IMG/VR virus record: IMGVR_UViG_3300050139_000115 | Span: 1 to 53,474 of that record | DNA: 53,474 nucleotides | Reading direction: 5' to 3' (one strand) | Source: a virus | Lineage: Duplodnaviria; Caudoviricetes | Shown: positions 35,601 through 44,391 of the stretch, one piece after another | Layout: every line of letters begins with the position of its first letter | How positions within the stretch are numbered: the stretch's first letter is position 1 | Notes under the pieces: generated by a model | Seen by the model: only the letters and a program-made list of their open reading frames with translations | Told to the model about the DNA's origin: nothing | The model's database searches: none | Position numbers and translations under genes: made by a program

Positions 35601-38202
35601 AACCCGTCAAATAGTTCCCAACGTCCTGCGCCTGGCGGTCGCTCCCGCCCCCGCCGAACATCGAGCCAATCATGCCCCCTAGAGTGGAGCCAACGATAGT
35701 GCCAATCGGACCGAAGTAGCTTCCCGCAATACCGCCGAGCGTCGATCCGATTCCACCCGCCACATTCCCGGTAGCGGCCATGACCAAACCGCTAATGAAG
35801 GGGAGGCCAAACCCGTAGTTTCCGATGTCCGCAATCCACTGGGAGCCCATGCTGACGCCCATGTCTTGGAACACCCCGTTCGCCATCCCGGTCACCCCGG
35901 TCGCGCCTTTCGAGAACATACTCCCGATGCTGCTCATGCTACTCAACGAACTCAGCGAACTGGCTGCAGTTCCACCCGCCACTGTGCTACCCGCTGCGCT
36001 CGCCACACCCGCTGCACCGCCGCTGACGACGGACCCAACAACGGTCACCATGAACTTCTGCGCCGCCAAGCGTGCGAGCGCATCCTTGAGGACGGAAATG
36101 AAGTCGGCCATCCCGAGTTTGCCGTGGCGGAAGAAGTTGTACACCGCGTCTTCCATACCCTTGAATGCGGTGGCGAACGCATTCTTGGTTTGCAATGCCG
36201 AGTTGGTGGCATTGTCCATGTACTCGTTGTACGCTTGCTTCGCGCCGGCGACCCAGTCGCGCTCTTTTGCAATCTTGAAAGCAGTTACATCGAGCACCTG
36301 TGCTTTCTGGTCTGCCGCCTCTTTCACCAGCAAAGCCTCTGCCGCCGCGTACTGCCCTCGGTCATCGTTGCTCGCTCGCGCTTGCGCAGCGAGGGCGAGG
36401 AGCTTGGTGCGCAGTTCGACATCGATCTTGTGCGCTTCATTCAGCAGCGCCTGCTCCGTGGTGGTCTTCCCAAGCAAATCGATCTGGAACTTGAGATCCT
36501 CCAGGTACGCAGCATCTTTCTCAAGTGTGGGGTCAACCATCGCGCGCATCGCGAGCGAAGCCTTGCGCGCATCCGCCGCCGCAGCTTCCGCCAGCACTTG
36601 ATTCCCCTGCACTTCGGTTAGATGCTGCAAACTTCCCGCGAGGTGCGTCACGCTACCGTCGGCAGCCATGACATCTCGCCCGTACAATTCCATCGCTACT
36701 TTTTCAGCATCGGTCTTCTCGAGCGCTGAACCAGACTTGATCTGCAACTCGTCCAGTGTCTTGGTGAACAGAATCACCTGCTTCAGCGCATCGACATGTC
36801 GCGCAAGTGCCAACACGTTTCCGGCGTGACTCTCGCCGTTCTTGTCAACGTCGAAAGAAAGTTTCTGCAATGAACCAGACAGCAACTGGTACATCGTTTT
36901 CTCTTCTTGGGTCTGGTTATCCAGCTTGCCCATTTCCTGCTCAAGCGACTGCATGGCGTGCTCGTAGAGCTTCAATTCGGCGGCGGCAAGCTTCGGGTCA
37001 CCGACAGCGAAGTTAAGGGGCTTTTTGACGACAAGTTGACCATACTGATCAACGGCGCCGGACCAAGGCCCAGGTTCTCCGGCAGGCCCAACCCCAGTCT
37101 TGGCAAGTGACTTACGATACTCAATCGCCTTCTGCACCTTGTCCGCAAAGGACTCAAATCCCATCGCAGCCTTGTTGATATCCTCCAACATCGCGTCATC
37201 AATGGTGCCAACCTGCGTTTTAAGGTCATTCCACGCGGCAACTATTCCTTCGGTGTTGAGCGCGGGTTTCTCGCTTGGTTTTGACTTCAGCGCCCAAGCT
37301 TCCGTGCGCCCCACCGTTGCCATCGCGCCGCCAATTCCCTTGCCTATGATATTGACAACGGTCGCGAAACCCTTGAAGCTGTCAACTGCATTCGCAACCG
37401 CAATCGCAATACCATCCGCCCAGTCAGCTAGCGTATTATCAGCGGCGAGCCTTTTCACCGCGCCACCTAGCGAATCCGACTGCGTGGCCGCCTCAAGCAA
37501 TACGCCTACAAAGGTCTGCATCGTTGGAATCAGCGCACTTGCAATCGTGTTCCAGAGAATTTCCTTTTGCTGGTTCAACTTGGCAACTTCAATCCGATAC
37601 TCTTCCGCTCGCTGCGCTTGCTCGGTGGTAACGCTCGCTTCGATATCCCCGAGTTCGAGCAGTTTTTTCATAACCGGAATTTGATCCGCGCCCGCTTTCC
37701 CCAATATCGCGCGTACCACCGCGAGCTTGCCCGCGCCGTCGCTGTACTTATCGAGCGCAACAGCGATGTCTTTGTACATCGTGTTTAGGTCTTTTTCATT
37801 CCCAGTCGCGTCCTTCGTCGTCAGACTCAGCTTAGCGAGTGCCTGAGTCGATACCGCAGTTGCATTCCCAGACGCCGACATCGTCTTGCTCAGAATCGAC
37901 ATCGCCTGCTCCACGCTCGCGATGTCTTTCCCGGCAATCCCAGCAACAAATTGCAGCTTCGAAAAGTTCTCTACGCTGACCCCGGTTTTCTCCGACGCGT
38001 CTTTCAGTCGCGCCATCGAATCCACTACGGAGTCAATTTTATCGATCAACATCTTCGCCGAAAACCCGACCCCGATCGTCCCAAGAATCTGTTCGATTCC
38101 GCGCACAGCATCCCCCACGATGCGATTTGCCGAGGCCATATCTGACGTCAGACGCGCCATGTTGGCGAGCATCTGAACCTCGAGTGTGCCGGCGAGCGCC
38201 AT
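32692..38202 (-). CDS. Tail tape measure protein
   Basis: ~1836 aa, Ala-rich helical, lambda-like TMP C-domain (W..G...A...Y...A), C-terminal HALGL.YVP.D.Y...AH.GEAVLT. Confidence 0.9.
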   Translation of the reverse strand: MALAGTLEVQMLANMARLTSDMASANRIVGDAVRGIEQILGTIGVGFSAKMLIDKIDSVVDSMARLKDASEKTGVSVENFSKLQFVAGIAGKDIASVEQAMSILSKTMSASGNATAVSTQALAKLSLTTKDATGNEKDLNTMYKDIAVALDKYSDGAGKLAVVRAILGKAGADQIPVMKKLLELGDIEASVTTEQAQRAEEYRIEVAKLNQQKEILWNTIASALIPTMQTFVGVLLEAATQSDSLGGAVKRLAADNTLADWADGIAIAVANAVDSFKGFATVVNIIGKGIGGAMATVGRTEAWALKSKPSEKPALNTEGIVAAWNDLKTQVGTIDDAMLEDINKAAMGFESFADKVQKAIEYRKSLAKTGVGPAGEPGPWSGAVDQYGQLVVKKPLNFAVGDPKLAAAELKLYEHAMQSLEQEMGKLDNQTQEEKTMYQLLSGSLQKLSFDVDKNGESHAGNVLALARHVDALKQVILFTKTLDELQIKSGSALEKTDAEKVAMELYGRDVMAADGSVTHLAGSLQHLTEVQGNQVLAEAAAADARKASLAMRAMVDPTLEKDAAYLEDLKFQIDLLGKTTTEQALLNEAHKIDVELRTKLLALAAQARASNDDRGQYAAAEALLVKEAADQKAQVLDVTAFKIAKERDWVAGAKQAYNEYMDNATNSALQTKNAFATAFKGMEDAVYNFFRHGKLGMADFISVLKDALARLAAQKFMVTVVGSVVSGGAAGVASAAGSTVAGGTAASSLSSLSSMSSIGSMFSKGATGVTGMANGVFQDMGVSMGSQWIADIGNYGFGLPFISGLVMAATGNVAGGIGSTLGGIAGSYFGPIGTIVGSTLGGMIGSMFGGGGSDRQAQDVGNYLTGSVSRGGLSGGGVTTMIGTPPNDYWGGSRVDPIPADSLTAFNKSVAEVFASMEAQAKALNMDTSGLAAITVQAANSGKGVQQDMIDVLAKTSDTIASTLIPNIAALQQSGESLTQTFVRITNAQIAAKLALDNQRRQMEIQLMELQGNAIGALAAKREDELKALDPSLAALQLQIYAAQDLAASATGAANAVQTLAQQITTAQQAATAAVSAEIQASSSAANTAHRLADTYRQISTNLTAEITKIIGAGKSSASEVLNQTFSAAMGGDVSALQALPKAADDYLAASMATATSANAYARDQGKVVDMLQKANAAAVASINWEEHNAALLQTQVAVLEQVKAELGKVDPNTEILKGQLALLDTIHAALLGQTVQVIDGNLFIQDQTGQIIAGNSLTAEQVTQITNGNSITASQLVELIAGNALTQAQIAQLNAGNALTVDQVAQIGVGNALLASQIVQIMSGNTLTSDQVAQVAAGNALTANQIVAIMAGNSLTAEQVTQLSAGNATSTQQVLAILAGNLITAQQLTQLVAGNTMTSQQVFAILAGNVLTQSQIAQITAGNTLNAQQVVAILTGNTITAQQLTQLSAGNALTSEQMLAILTGNTLTAQQLAALSSGNALTTQQVTAILAGNTITANQLAQLTAGNALTLQQVTAILAGNALTDAQSKLVLTGNTIQDAVKSITLLNATYSSAMLTSLISGSTIQSDSLDGIALASKTTATLLQTLVDLTKQSVLQNADAAAVAKTAADDAAAKAATVAADAKRLSDAQAALSASVAQQSALVASVNVGITGINSLVSAYGVNQQTASGGAAAQLYVDAAGILQNTSQYQLLGGYTNSDFAGFKAEFWKAGGVYDQTYGQAAQLQAIADNIAAQKAIIAAIPGHALGLRYVPSDDYLMRAHKGEAVLTPSQASNWRGGGSAANDDLLEEIKTLNGRIDKLVAVSNVTAQSVKKHYDLIRNMTPDGQRLQTVAA
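33590..34490 (-). repeat. ~22 degenerate 14-aa (42-bp) repeats within TMP
   Basis: AGNALTxxQxxxIx units counted in the translation. Confidence 0.9.
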
Positions 38203-38212
38203 GTGTTTTCCC

Positions 38213-38240
38213 AATAAAAAGGCCCGCCGAAGCGGGCCTT
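38213..38240 (-). terminator. Rho-independent terminator after moron
   Basis: AAGGCCCGC-TTCG-GCGGGCCTT then TTTATT. Confidence 0.75.
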
Positions 38241-38259
38241 GATTTAGAGCGTTTCAGTG

Positions 38260-38451
38260 CTACTTATCGCGCAACCATATTGTTAAACGGCAGCCGGCTA
38301 TCAGCGCCGCTCCAAGAGTAAAAAAGATAGCCATCAACGCCGACTGGTCTAGGTCTGTTCGGTTGCCCATCTTCACGAAAATCCAAACACTATAAACAAG
38401 CAGAGCAAAGCCGAGCAACTGCCCCACCTTCAGCCAAGTTTCGATTCGCAT
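38260..38451 (-). CDS. Small two-TM membrane protein (moron)
   Basis: 63 aa, two hydrophobic helices, lower GC, own terminator. Confidence 0.65.
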   Translation of the reverse strand: MRIETWLKVGQLLGFALLVYSVWIFVKMGNRTDLDQSALMAIFFTLGAALIAGCRLTIWLRDK

Positions 38452-38493
38452 CGGTTCCCTCCATTGCCCAAAAATGGAACGATACGCCGATTC

Positions 38494-38996
38494 CTAGAGC
38501 TTTTCGAAGTTTTGAATTGACAGTTGCAGCGCTGTCTTTTCCGGTTTTAGATCAGGCGATTTCCACGGCGGCGCACAGCCTAGCTTTTCGGCGCGGTGCG
38601 ATTCAGACAGATATTCACCCGACAGACGGCGCAGCGTCTTCGCTTCCCATGGTTGTAGATTGACGCCTGTTTCCTGTTGCCAGGCGATTAAGTCTTTGCT
38701 GGTGATAGGCCCCGCGCCCATTCCGGCCGCGACGGTTGGCCCAACGTCGAGCAGGTAGCCAACCAGATATGCGCCCTGTTCCAGCGGCGGCATCTCCGGC
38801 ATATACGTATCGCGCATTGCCTCGACAATCGCTTCCGAAACCCACCCAGCCCATTCCGGTGCCCATTCTTCCCGTATGCGCTCAAGTCGCGAAATCTGCG
38901 GTTCCTTTGATTTGTCGTGCTTCGCCCTCTCCGGGGTTGCGTTCAGATACGCGACCTGCTTTATGTAGAGGGCAAGGTCGCCGAAGAGGGCTTGCT
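38494..38996 (-). CDS. Tail assembly chaperone GT extension (-1 frame)
   Basis: Frame of ORF 38494..38817 is open back to the CAATTTC at 38997-39003. Confidence 0.65.
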
Positions 38997-39377
38997 GAAA
39001 TTGCTGTCATCGTCCAGGAACTTGATGACCTGTTTCGTGATGTAGCCGAGCTTCGGATTCGCGTACAGTTCTGCAGGCGGGACTGGAAAATTGTTGATTA
39101 CCAGCGTGCAAGCGGTGAGCTTCTCGACCATTTCCGCATCTGCCGCCTCAGCAGCCCGCTTGTCCACCTTGCCGCGAAATAGGGCCTGCAAGCGAAGCTG
39201 CGCCTGTTGGCCTGCCTTGTGCAGCGCCTTGACCGCTTGGCGGCTTCCCGACCCGTATAGCGCGATTGTGACTGGGGTTTCGCCGTCGGCCCCAATCAAG
39301 TCATCGTCGCCCTTGGCGTTTTGAACCGTTAGAACTGCGGTTTCCTCAAGCTCGTATTTCGATACATCGAAGTCCAT
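38961..39377 (-). CDS. Tail assembly chaperone G
   Basis: Between tail tube and TMP; AAGGA RBS; ends ...DDSNF. Confidence 0.75.
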   Translation of the reverse strand: MDFDVSKYELEETAVLTVQNAKGDDDLIGADGETPVTIALYGSGSRQAVKALHKAGQQAQLRLQALFRGKVDKRAAEAADAEMVEKLTACTLVINNFPVPPAELYANPKLGYITKQVIKFLDDDSNFSKPSSATLPST

Positions 39378-39477
39378 GATTTTCCTTTCCTGGGAAATTA
39401 TGCCCGTGCCCAGCCCGCGCGCCCCAGGAGAGGGCGACATCGGGCCGGGTCGGTGCTGGTGATGGGCTTTCGCCCGA

Positions 39478-40050
39478 TTAGACTGCGGCGACGGTGACCG
39501 GCGCTTTGCAAAATTGCAGGTTCGCCGTCCGCTCTTTCGCAGCGCCTTCCGATGCCGCCGAGGCTTTCCACGAGCAGACCAGGCAGTCGAAATAGGTGAT
39601 CTCACCATCCGGGAACGTGGCTTTGATGCTGTAATGATTCGGCGAGTCATTGGCTGCTGCGCAGATCACCTGGCCGGCATCGGCCGGCATGTCGCCGACC
39701 ACCATCGGGCCGCCGCCGTAGTTCGCGGTGCCCTTAGTTTTTTCAATGGGACCGGCAATGGGTTTCCACTCGTTCACCGCGCGATCGGCGCCGAACTCGG
39801 GAAACGACTTCACCTTGCCGATGGTGGTGTAGACGATCGAGGTGAGACCGTAACCGGCGGCGTCATAGGTTGTGGGCAGCGTTGCGCTGATGGCGTAGAC
39901 GGTATCTGTGTACGACTCGACGGCTGTGTGGGCTGCCTGGAGCAGGAAGCCGCTTCGTTGCATGTAGTTGAACAGCTTGTCATTCGCCAGTTCAAACAGG
40001 GAAAACACCGCCGAAGCCAGCGGCCGAACAAGTGATTTAATGCTTTTCAT
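39478..40050 (-). CDS. Major tail (tube) protein with N-terminal leader
   Basis: ISATLP.TYDAAGY, IG.V...EFG, K.KG..N.G, DAGQ. Confidence 0.8.
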   Translation of the reverse strand: MKSIKSLVRPLASAVFSLFELANDKLFNYMQRSGFLLQAAHTAVESYTDTVYAISATLPTTYDAAGYGLTSIVYTTIGKVKSFPEFGADRAVNEWKPIAGPIEKTKGTANYGGGPMVVGDMPADAGQVICAAANDSPNHYSIKATFPDGEITYFDCLVCSWKASAASEGAAKERTANLQFCKAPVTVAAV

Positions 40051-40075
40051 GATTTCATCCTCTCGACGGTATTTC

Positions 40076-40103
40076 AAAGAAAAAGCCCGCGACTTAGCGG
40101 GCT
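40076..40103 (-). terminator. Terminator-like hairpin
   Basis: AGCCCGC-TAAGTC-GCGGGCT then TTTTCTTT. Confidence 0.65.
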
Positions 40104-40124
40104 GGTGGTGGTGCTCGGTGGTGC

Positions 40125-40370
40125 TTATCGGCGCAATCGATTCACGATGCGCGCGATGATGCCGGGATCAGGCCGTAAGATCGCGATGTCCTGCCCGTTG
40201 TCTAAAATCACGCATTCGAAGTCGTCAAATACTTCATTCAGCATCGCGGCGGCTTCGCCACGCTGCTTGTCGGTCAGCCGAAACGGACAGCGGAATAACA
40301 CGACATCGCCCGCGCGCAAGCTGACCACGGCAGCGGATTCGAAGACGGACAGTGGATTTTCAGCGTCCAT
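40125..40370 (-). CDS. Hypothetical protein
   Basis: MDAENPLSVF...; overlaps the upstream stop. Confidence 0.5.
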   Translation of the reverse strand: MDAENPLSVFESAAVVSLRAGDVVLFRCPFRLTDKQRGEAAAMLNEVFDDFECVILDNGQDIAILRPDPGIIARIVNRLRR

Positions 40371-40887
40371 CAACTTTGCCCGACTCAACACGCTCGACCT
40401 CGATCCCAGTCGCGCGCAACTCGGCGGTAATCTGCTCCAGCCCTTCGGTGAAGCCGTAAAACCCAAACTCGCCGTGCGTCTTGTCGTACGCTTGCGGGTC
40501 GAAACCAAGCAGCACGATCTTGACGGCGCCGGCAAGGGCGGCAATGCGGATCGCGGCGAGCGCGTTGTTGCGGATCTCGATCGTGTGGCCGGGCTCGATC
40601 GTGACGGTCTCGTACATCATTCCTGGATACAACGCGTCGATGTCACACTCAACTCCACAGATGCGCAGGCCCTTGAAACCGGCTGCGGCCTCCCAAAACG
40701 GATGATGCGGATCGAGCGCAACGAACATGTCGGCCCAGGGCGCAAACTGCACGGCGCGATTAACCGCGATGGTCTTGTAGCCGCGGGCGCCGTCGGCAAC
40801 AGCTTGGCTCATGCTTGGGGCATTGCCGAGGATGGCGACGGTCTCGCCTTTCCATAGATCGTTCGGGACAGTCCACGGTTTCGTCAT
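40360..40887 (-). CDS. DUF115/MptE/Maf-like (sugar-transferase fold) protein
   Basis: GETVAILGNAPSM, IAVN, PWAD...D, IVLLGFD; AGGAG RBS. Confidence 0.65.
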   Translation of the reverse strand: MTKPWTVPNDLWKGETVAILGNAPSMSQAVADGARGYKTIAVNRAVQFAPWADMFVALDPHHPFWEAAAGFKGLRICGVECDIDALYPGMMYETVTIEPGHTIEIRNNALAAIRIAALAGAVKIVLLGFDPQAYDKTHGEFGFYGFTEGLEQITAELRATGIEVERVESGKVDGR

Positions 40888-40901
40888 GTTCGACTCCTAA
40901 T

Positions 40902-41333
40902 TTATGTGCCTACCCAGCGCACTAAAAAATCCTGCGACTTCGTCCACAAATCGGTAACCTGGTCATGCAGACTTGGCCCGAGCGTATCGGGGCTTATGCT
41001 GTCAACGACAATCCCGTTGACCGTCGCCCGTTGGCTAGGGCACGCCGCCACGACGAGTTTAAGCAGTGCCTTGCATCCGGCTTTGCCGTCGCCCTGCGGC
41101 GTTCCATACTGCCCTTTGCACAAGACGGCGACCTGCACACGCTCCGTGTACAGGTTTAGCCCATCGCTAATCTTTATCGTTTTGTAGCGCACGGTATCAA
41201 TGTCATCCACAACAATGAATGGCATCACCGCGCCCAGGGCTGGGTCGTTGTCTTGAATGCGCGCAGCGGGCACGATAGCGAGGACCGGGCCGTTGTTGGC
41301 CAGGAGGTAGCGGATTACCGCAGTGCCGCTCAT
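40902..41333 (-). CDS. Tail terminator/completion protein
   Basis: Position; VPAARI...ERVQV...SQDF.V. Confidence 0.65.
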   Translation of the reverse strand: MSGTAVIRYLLANNGPVLAIVPAARIQDNDPALGAVMPFIVVDDIDTVRYKTIKISDGLNLYTERVQVAVLCKGQYGTPQGDGKAGCKALLKLVVAACPSQRATVNGIVVDSISPDTLGPSLHDQVTDLWTKSQDFLVRWVGT

Positions 41334-41689
41334 TCCGGATCACCAACGACACCGTTGGTCAGCCATCCGTGATACCGACCGACGAAGTTGATCGACGGGT
41401 GCATGGTGATATTCGGCGGCACGCCGGTCACAGTCCAGCAGTCGTAGTGGCCTTTCTCTGCGCTGAACCCCTGGCCGTCGATGAGAAAATAGTTCCTGCC
41501 GGGCAACATCACCACAAGTGGCTTGCGGTTTGCGTTCTGCGCGAAATATTGCGCGGTCAGGTGACGCTCTTTCAGTTCCTCGGCTGGCACGTCGAGAAAC
41601 CACATATCGCCGATCTCGCGCTTGGAAACGTCGACGTTGCCGTCCTCGTTGAGTTCCGGCTTTTCGATCAAGCGGCAGGGCCAGCTCAT
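41330..41689 (-). CDS. DUF6527-like protein (copy 2)
   Basis: WTVTG.PPNITMHPSI....YHGWLTNG. Confidence 0.65.
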   Translation of the reverse strand: MSWPCRLIEKPELNEDGNVDVSKREIGDMWFLDVPAEELKERHLTAQYFAQNANRKPLVVMLPGRNYFLIDGQGFSAEKGHYDCWTVTGVPPNITMHPSINFVGRYHGWLTNGVVGDPE

Positions 41690-42000
41690 ATTTTTACCCA
41701 GATACCCTTCGTCAGATGCCCGTGCCAACCGTCGCTCTCCGATCCCGGGCCGGCCATGTCGCCCAGCGACGCCGTGATCGTCAGCGTGCCGTCCGGTTCC
41801 TCGGTGAACACATGTGGCGGCGAGACGACGTGCTGCACACTACGCGCTCGCGCTGGCGCACCGGGATCGCGCGCGTTCGGCTTTAGGAAAAATACGGCAG
41901 GTTTGTCGCCCGTGTAGCCCGTAACCGGGCCGCAGTAGTCACCAGGTTGCTCCGGCGTCGGGTGCTGGCCGGGGATCAGGGGAAGGCGCCGACCGATCAT
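41686..42000 (-). CDS. DUF6527-like protein (copy 3)
   Basis: H.FTEEPDGTLTITASL...WHGHLTKG.W. Confidence 0.65.
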   Translation of the reverse strand: MIGRRLPLIPGQHPTPEQPGDYCGPVTGYTGDKPAVFFLKPNARDPGAPARARSVQHVVSPPHVFTEEPDGTLTITASLGDMAGPGSESDGWHGHLTKGIWVKI

Positions 42001-42245
42001 TCTTTTCTCCAAATGCCGCGCTCTAGGAACCCATGCCAGCTCGGGCGCCCCGTTCCTTGTTCAATCAGTATTGACGGGCTTACAGTGATCGTGCCGTCGT
42101 CGTGCTCAGTGACGGTGTGATTTTCGAGCGACCCGAGATGCACGTTCTCATCAGGCGGACGCGCACGCCATACGCCATTAGCATCCTTGCCGTAATCGCC
42201 CGGCCCGTATGAATTCGTGTAGACGCGCCGACCTTGCATGGTCAC
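41997..42245 (-). CDS. DUF6527-like protein (copy 4)
   Basis: HTVTEHDDGTITVSPSIL...WHGFLERG.W. Confidence 0.65.
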   Translation of the reverse strand: MTMQGRRVYTNSYGPGDYGKDANGVWRARPPDENVHLGSLENHTVTEHDDGTITVSPSILIEQGTGRPSWHGFLERGIWRKE

Positions 42246-42814
42246 TCATCCCCTTCGATCAGTACCGCCGAAGTGTCGATGCCTTCCTTTGTCGCAAGGC
42301 GCTGCTTTATATACTCCGCCGCGGCAATCACAGCGTTCTGCGCTTGGCTATCCAGTGCAGGTCGTAAGAACGGGTGTGCGACAAGGGGCGGGTGCATCAC
42401 GGTTTTGCGGAAGAGCCCACCAATGGAAAGGAACCCGCCCTTCTTGAACGCCGCAATCGGATAAGGAGTTGTGGTGTGGTGTTTCCAAAACCCTTCGATC
42501 ATGTGCGCATAGAACACGTCGGCGCCGGTCTTTTTATTTTTTCCGCCGACCGTAACCATTGAGGTGACCCATTGGCCCCTGACGCGCGTCCCGATGCGGA
42601 TGCTATCTCTCAGCGCCCCCATGTAGCCTCCGTACAGCCGGACATTTTCTTTGTTCGGCGGCCCGACCGGGCAATTGGCAACGGCTGCATCCCTGATTGG
42701 TTTGATGCCTGCGCGCAACGCCCCGCGCATGATGTTTTTTTCCATCTTGACGGGAAATTCATCGAGGAATTTCTGGAGGTCCGAAAGGCCCTTGACGTGG
42801 ATCGTATCGCTCAT
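42242..42814 (-). CDS. HK97 gp10-like tail component
   Basis: VKGL.DL...L, R.ALRAG, GALRDSI, FYAH..E, PFLRPALD. Confidence 0.85.
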   Translation of the reverse strand: MSDTIHVKGLSDLQKFLDEFPVKMEKNIMRGALRAGIKPIRDAAVANCPVGPPNKENVRLYGGYMGALRDSIRIGTRVRGQWVTSMVTVGGKNKKTGADVFYAHMIEGFWKHHTTTPYPIAAFKKGGFLSIGGLFRKTVMHPPLVAHPFLRPALDSQAQNAVIAAAEYIKQRLATKEGIDTSAVLIEGDE

Positions 42815-43197
42815 GACGAGTACCGCTCCGCCATCACCTCATTCGACTCCCGATTACCGAACGTCGCAGGCCCAGCGACAATCTGGAATGTCTGATCCGC
42901 CTCGCCGCCGCGGCCGTGCAGGGTGATGCGCATGGCGGAATTCAGATCGTCACGCCACGGATAGATGCGTATGCGGACTTGCTCGCGCGCCGTTGGGAGT
43001 CCCATTTTCACGGCCTCGCTATATGATGGCAGCACGTCTTTCGCATTCGCCCAAAAGCGCACTGCGGTTGGTGGGCTATCATTCGTCGGCACAAGCGGCA
43101 CCCAGGCCACAATCTCCGTTCCGGTATTTGGGTCCAGATCGGGCGGCTCTTTTATTTTCCACACGCTGATCAGCCGGTCGTAGTCTGCGATGCGCAT
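42811..43197 (-). CDS. Head closure/head-tail adaptor
   Basis: Position; W...WA..., RIRI...MRI. Confidence 0.7.
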   Translation of the reverse strand: MRIADYDRLISVWKIKEPPDLDPNTGTEIVAWVPLVPTNDSPPTAVRFWANAKDVLPSYSEAVKMGLPTAREQVRIRIYPWRDDLNSAMRITLHGRGGEADQTFQIVAGPATFGNRESNEVMAERYSS

Positions 43198-43198
43198 T

Positions 43199-43882
43199 TC
43201 ACACCCCGAGGCCTGTCCGGTAATTCCACCACAAGTCATGCACGCGCATCGGTAAAGAGAACGTCTGCGCAGCGCTCACTTCCTCGCGGTTCATGAACAG
43301 CGAGCCGATGACGAGCAGCATTCCGGCCTTAACGAGAAACGGCACAGCAGCCGGCGCCATGCCAGCAACAAACTGCACAATCACAGCGTCGTCCAAACCG
43401 TAGCCACTCCGCCTGAAGTTTTCGCTCTCGCTTGAGGCATTCGAGCCAAAACCTACTGGCCACATATCCATCTCATGGTCGAGCCGGTGATAAACAGCCG
43501 GCCACGTCTGCCCGATCTTCAGCCGCAGCTTCGGCTCGTTAAGGTTTCCGTTCAACTCATACACGGTGTCGGCAAGCGTCTGCCGAGCGCCGGCCGCGTC
43601 CAGATACGTCACACTCACAATCGAAGTCACCGGCGGGAATAGCGGAACACCAAAATTGCGCCCGCGCGCCTCACGTGTCGATACGGCGAATGCGCGCTGG
43701 CAAAACTGTTCGGCCATTTCGCGCGCGGTGCTGATCAGGCGTGTAACGTCGGCGTCGGTCGGGTGCGCCGTCACATCAGCCGGGTCGGCCGTGATCTTCA
43801 GATGGGAATTTGCCTCACCGAGCGTGATCGGTTCCACGATGGTAGTTTCAGAATCTATGCTCACGGGGCCCTCCAGTAGCAT
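43199..43882 (-). CDS. Head-tail connector (gp6-like)
   Basis: EPITL.EA..HL, LI..ARE.AE.F, VP..VK...LL.IG.L..NRE. Confidence 0.85.
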   Translation of the reverse strand: MLLEGPVSIDSETTIVEPITLGEANSHLKITADPADVTAHPTDADVTRLISTAREMAEQFCQRAFAVSTREARGRNFGVPLFPPVTSIVSVTYLDAAGARQTLADTVYELNGNLNEPKLRLKIGQTWPAVYHRLDHEMDMWPVGFGSNASSESENFRRSGYGLDDAVIVQFVAGMAPAAVPFLVKAGMLLVIGSLFMNREEVSAAQTFSLPMRVHDLWWNYRTGLGV

Positions 43883-44391
43883 TGACACGGTGCCGATTCG
43901 ATCACATGCAGCCCCGCCGCTTCAATCGCCTTTGCCACACCAGCGCAGTTCTTCCAATGCCAATCATCGAACACCACCAGGCCGCCTGACACCATGCGCG
44001 GGCGCAACCATACGATTGCGTCCGCCGTACTTTTCTCCAGATCCATGTCCACATGGGCGAAAGCCACCTGATCGTGCAGCCCTTCGGCGGATTGAGGGAA
44101 CAACCCGGCGATCAGGGTGACGTTCCCCGGCATCCCGGCCTGGACGGTGGTCAGAGTCGTGTCGCCGAATTCGCCCGGCTTGTGGAAGTCGATCGCCCGC
44201 CATGATTCGGCCGGCATGCCGGCGAAGGTGTCGAACCCGTAACAGGACCGCCGAGGCGAGGCCTGGGCTAGGGCTTTCAGAGTTCCACCCTGGTACACCC
44301 CAAGCTCCACGATAGCGCCCTGCAGGCCCTCCACCGTAGCCAGCAGCCGCAACAAGGCCGCGGACTTGGCCGGCGTCATCAGTGTTTGCAT
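43861..44391 (-). CDS. TylF/MycF-like O-methyltransferase
   Basis: GAIVELGVYQGG, YGFDTF.GMP, FAHVD.D, GG.VVFDD. Confidence 0.85.
   Translation of the reverse strand: MQTLMTPAKSAALLRLLATVEGLQGAIVELGVYQGGTLKALAQASPRRSCYGFDTFAGMPAESWRAIDFHKPGEFGDTTLTTVQAGMPGNVTLIAGLFPQSAEGLHDQVAFAHVDMDLEKSTADAIVWLRPRMVSGGLVVFDDWHWKNCAGVAKAIEAAGLHVIESAPCQCYWRAP

Noticed and set aside
26340-36621. Long + strand ORFs (26340..27275, 29917..31125, 33583..34344, 35825..36601 etc.)
   Set aside because: Antisense shadows of well-supported minus-strand genes in GC-rich DNA; no motifs.
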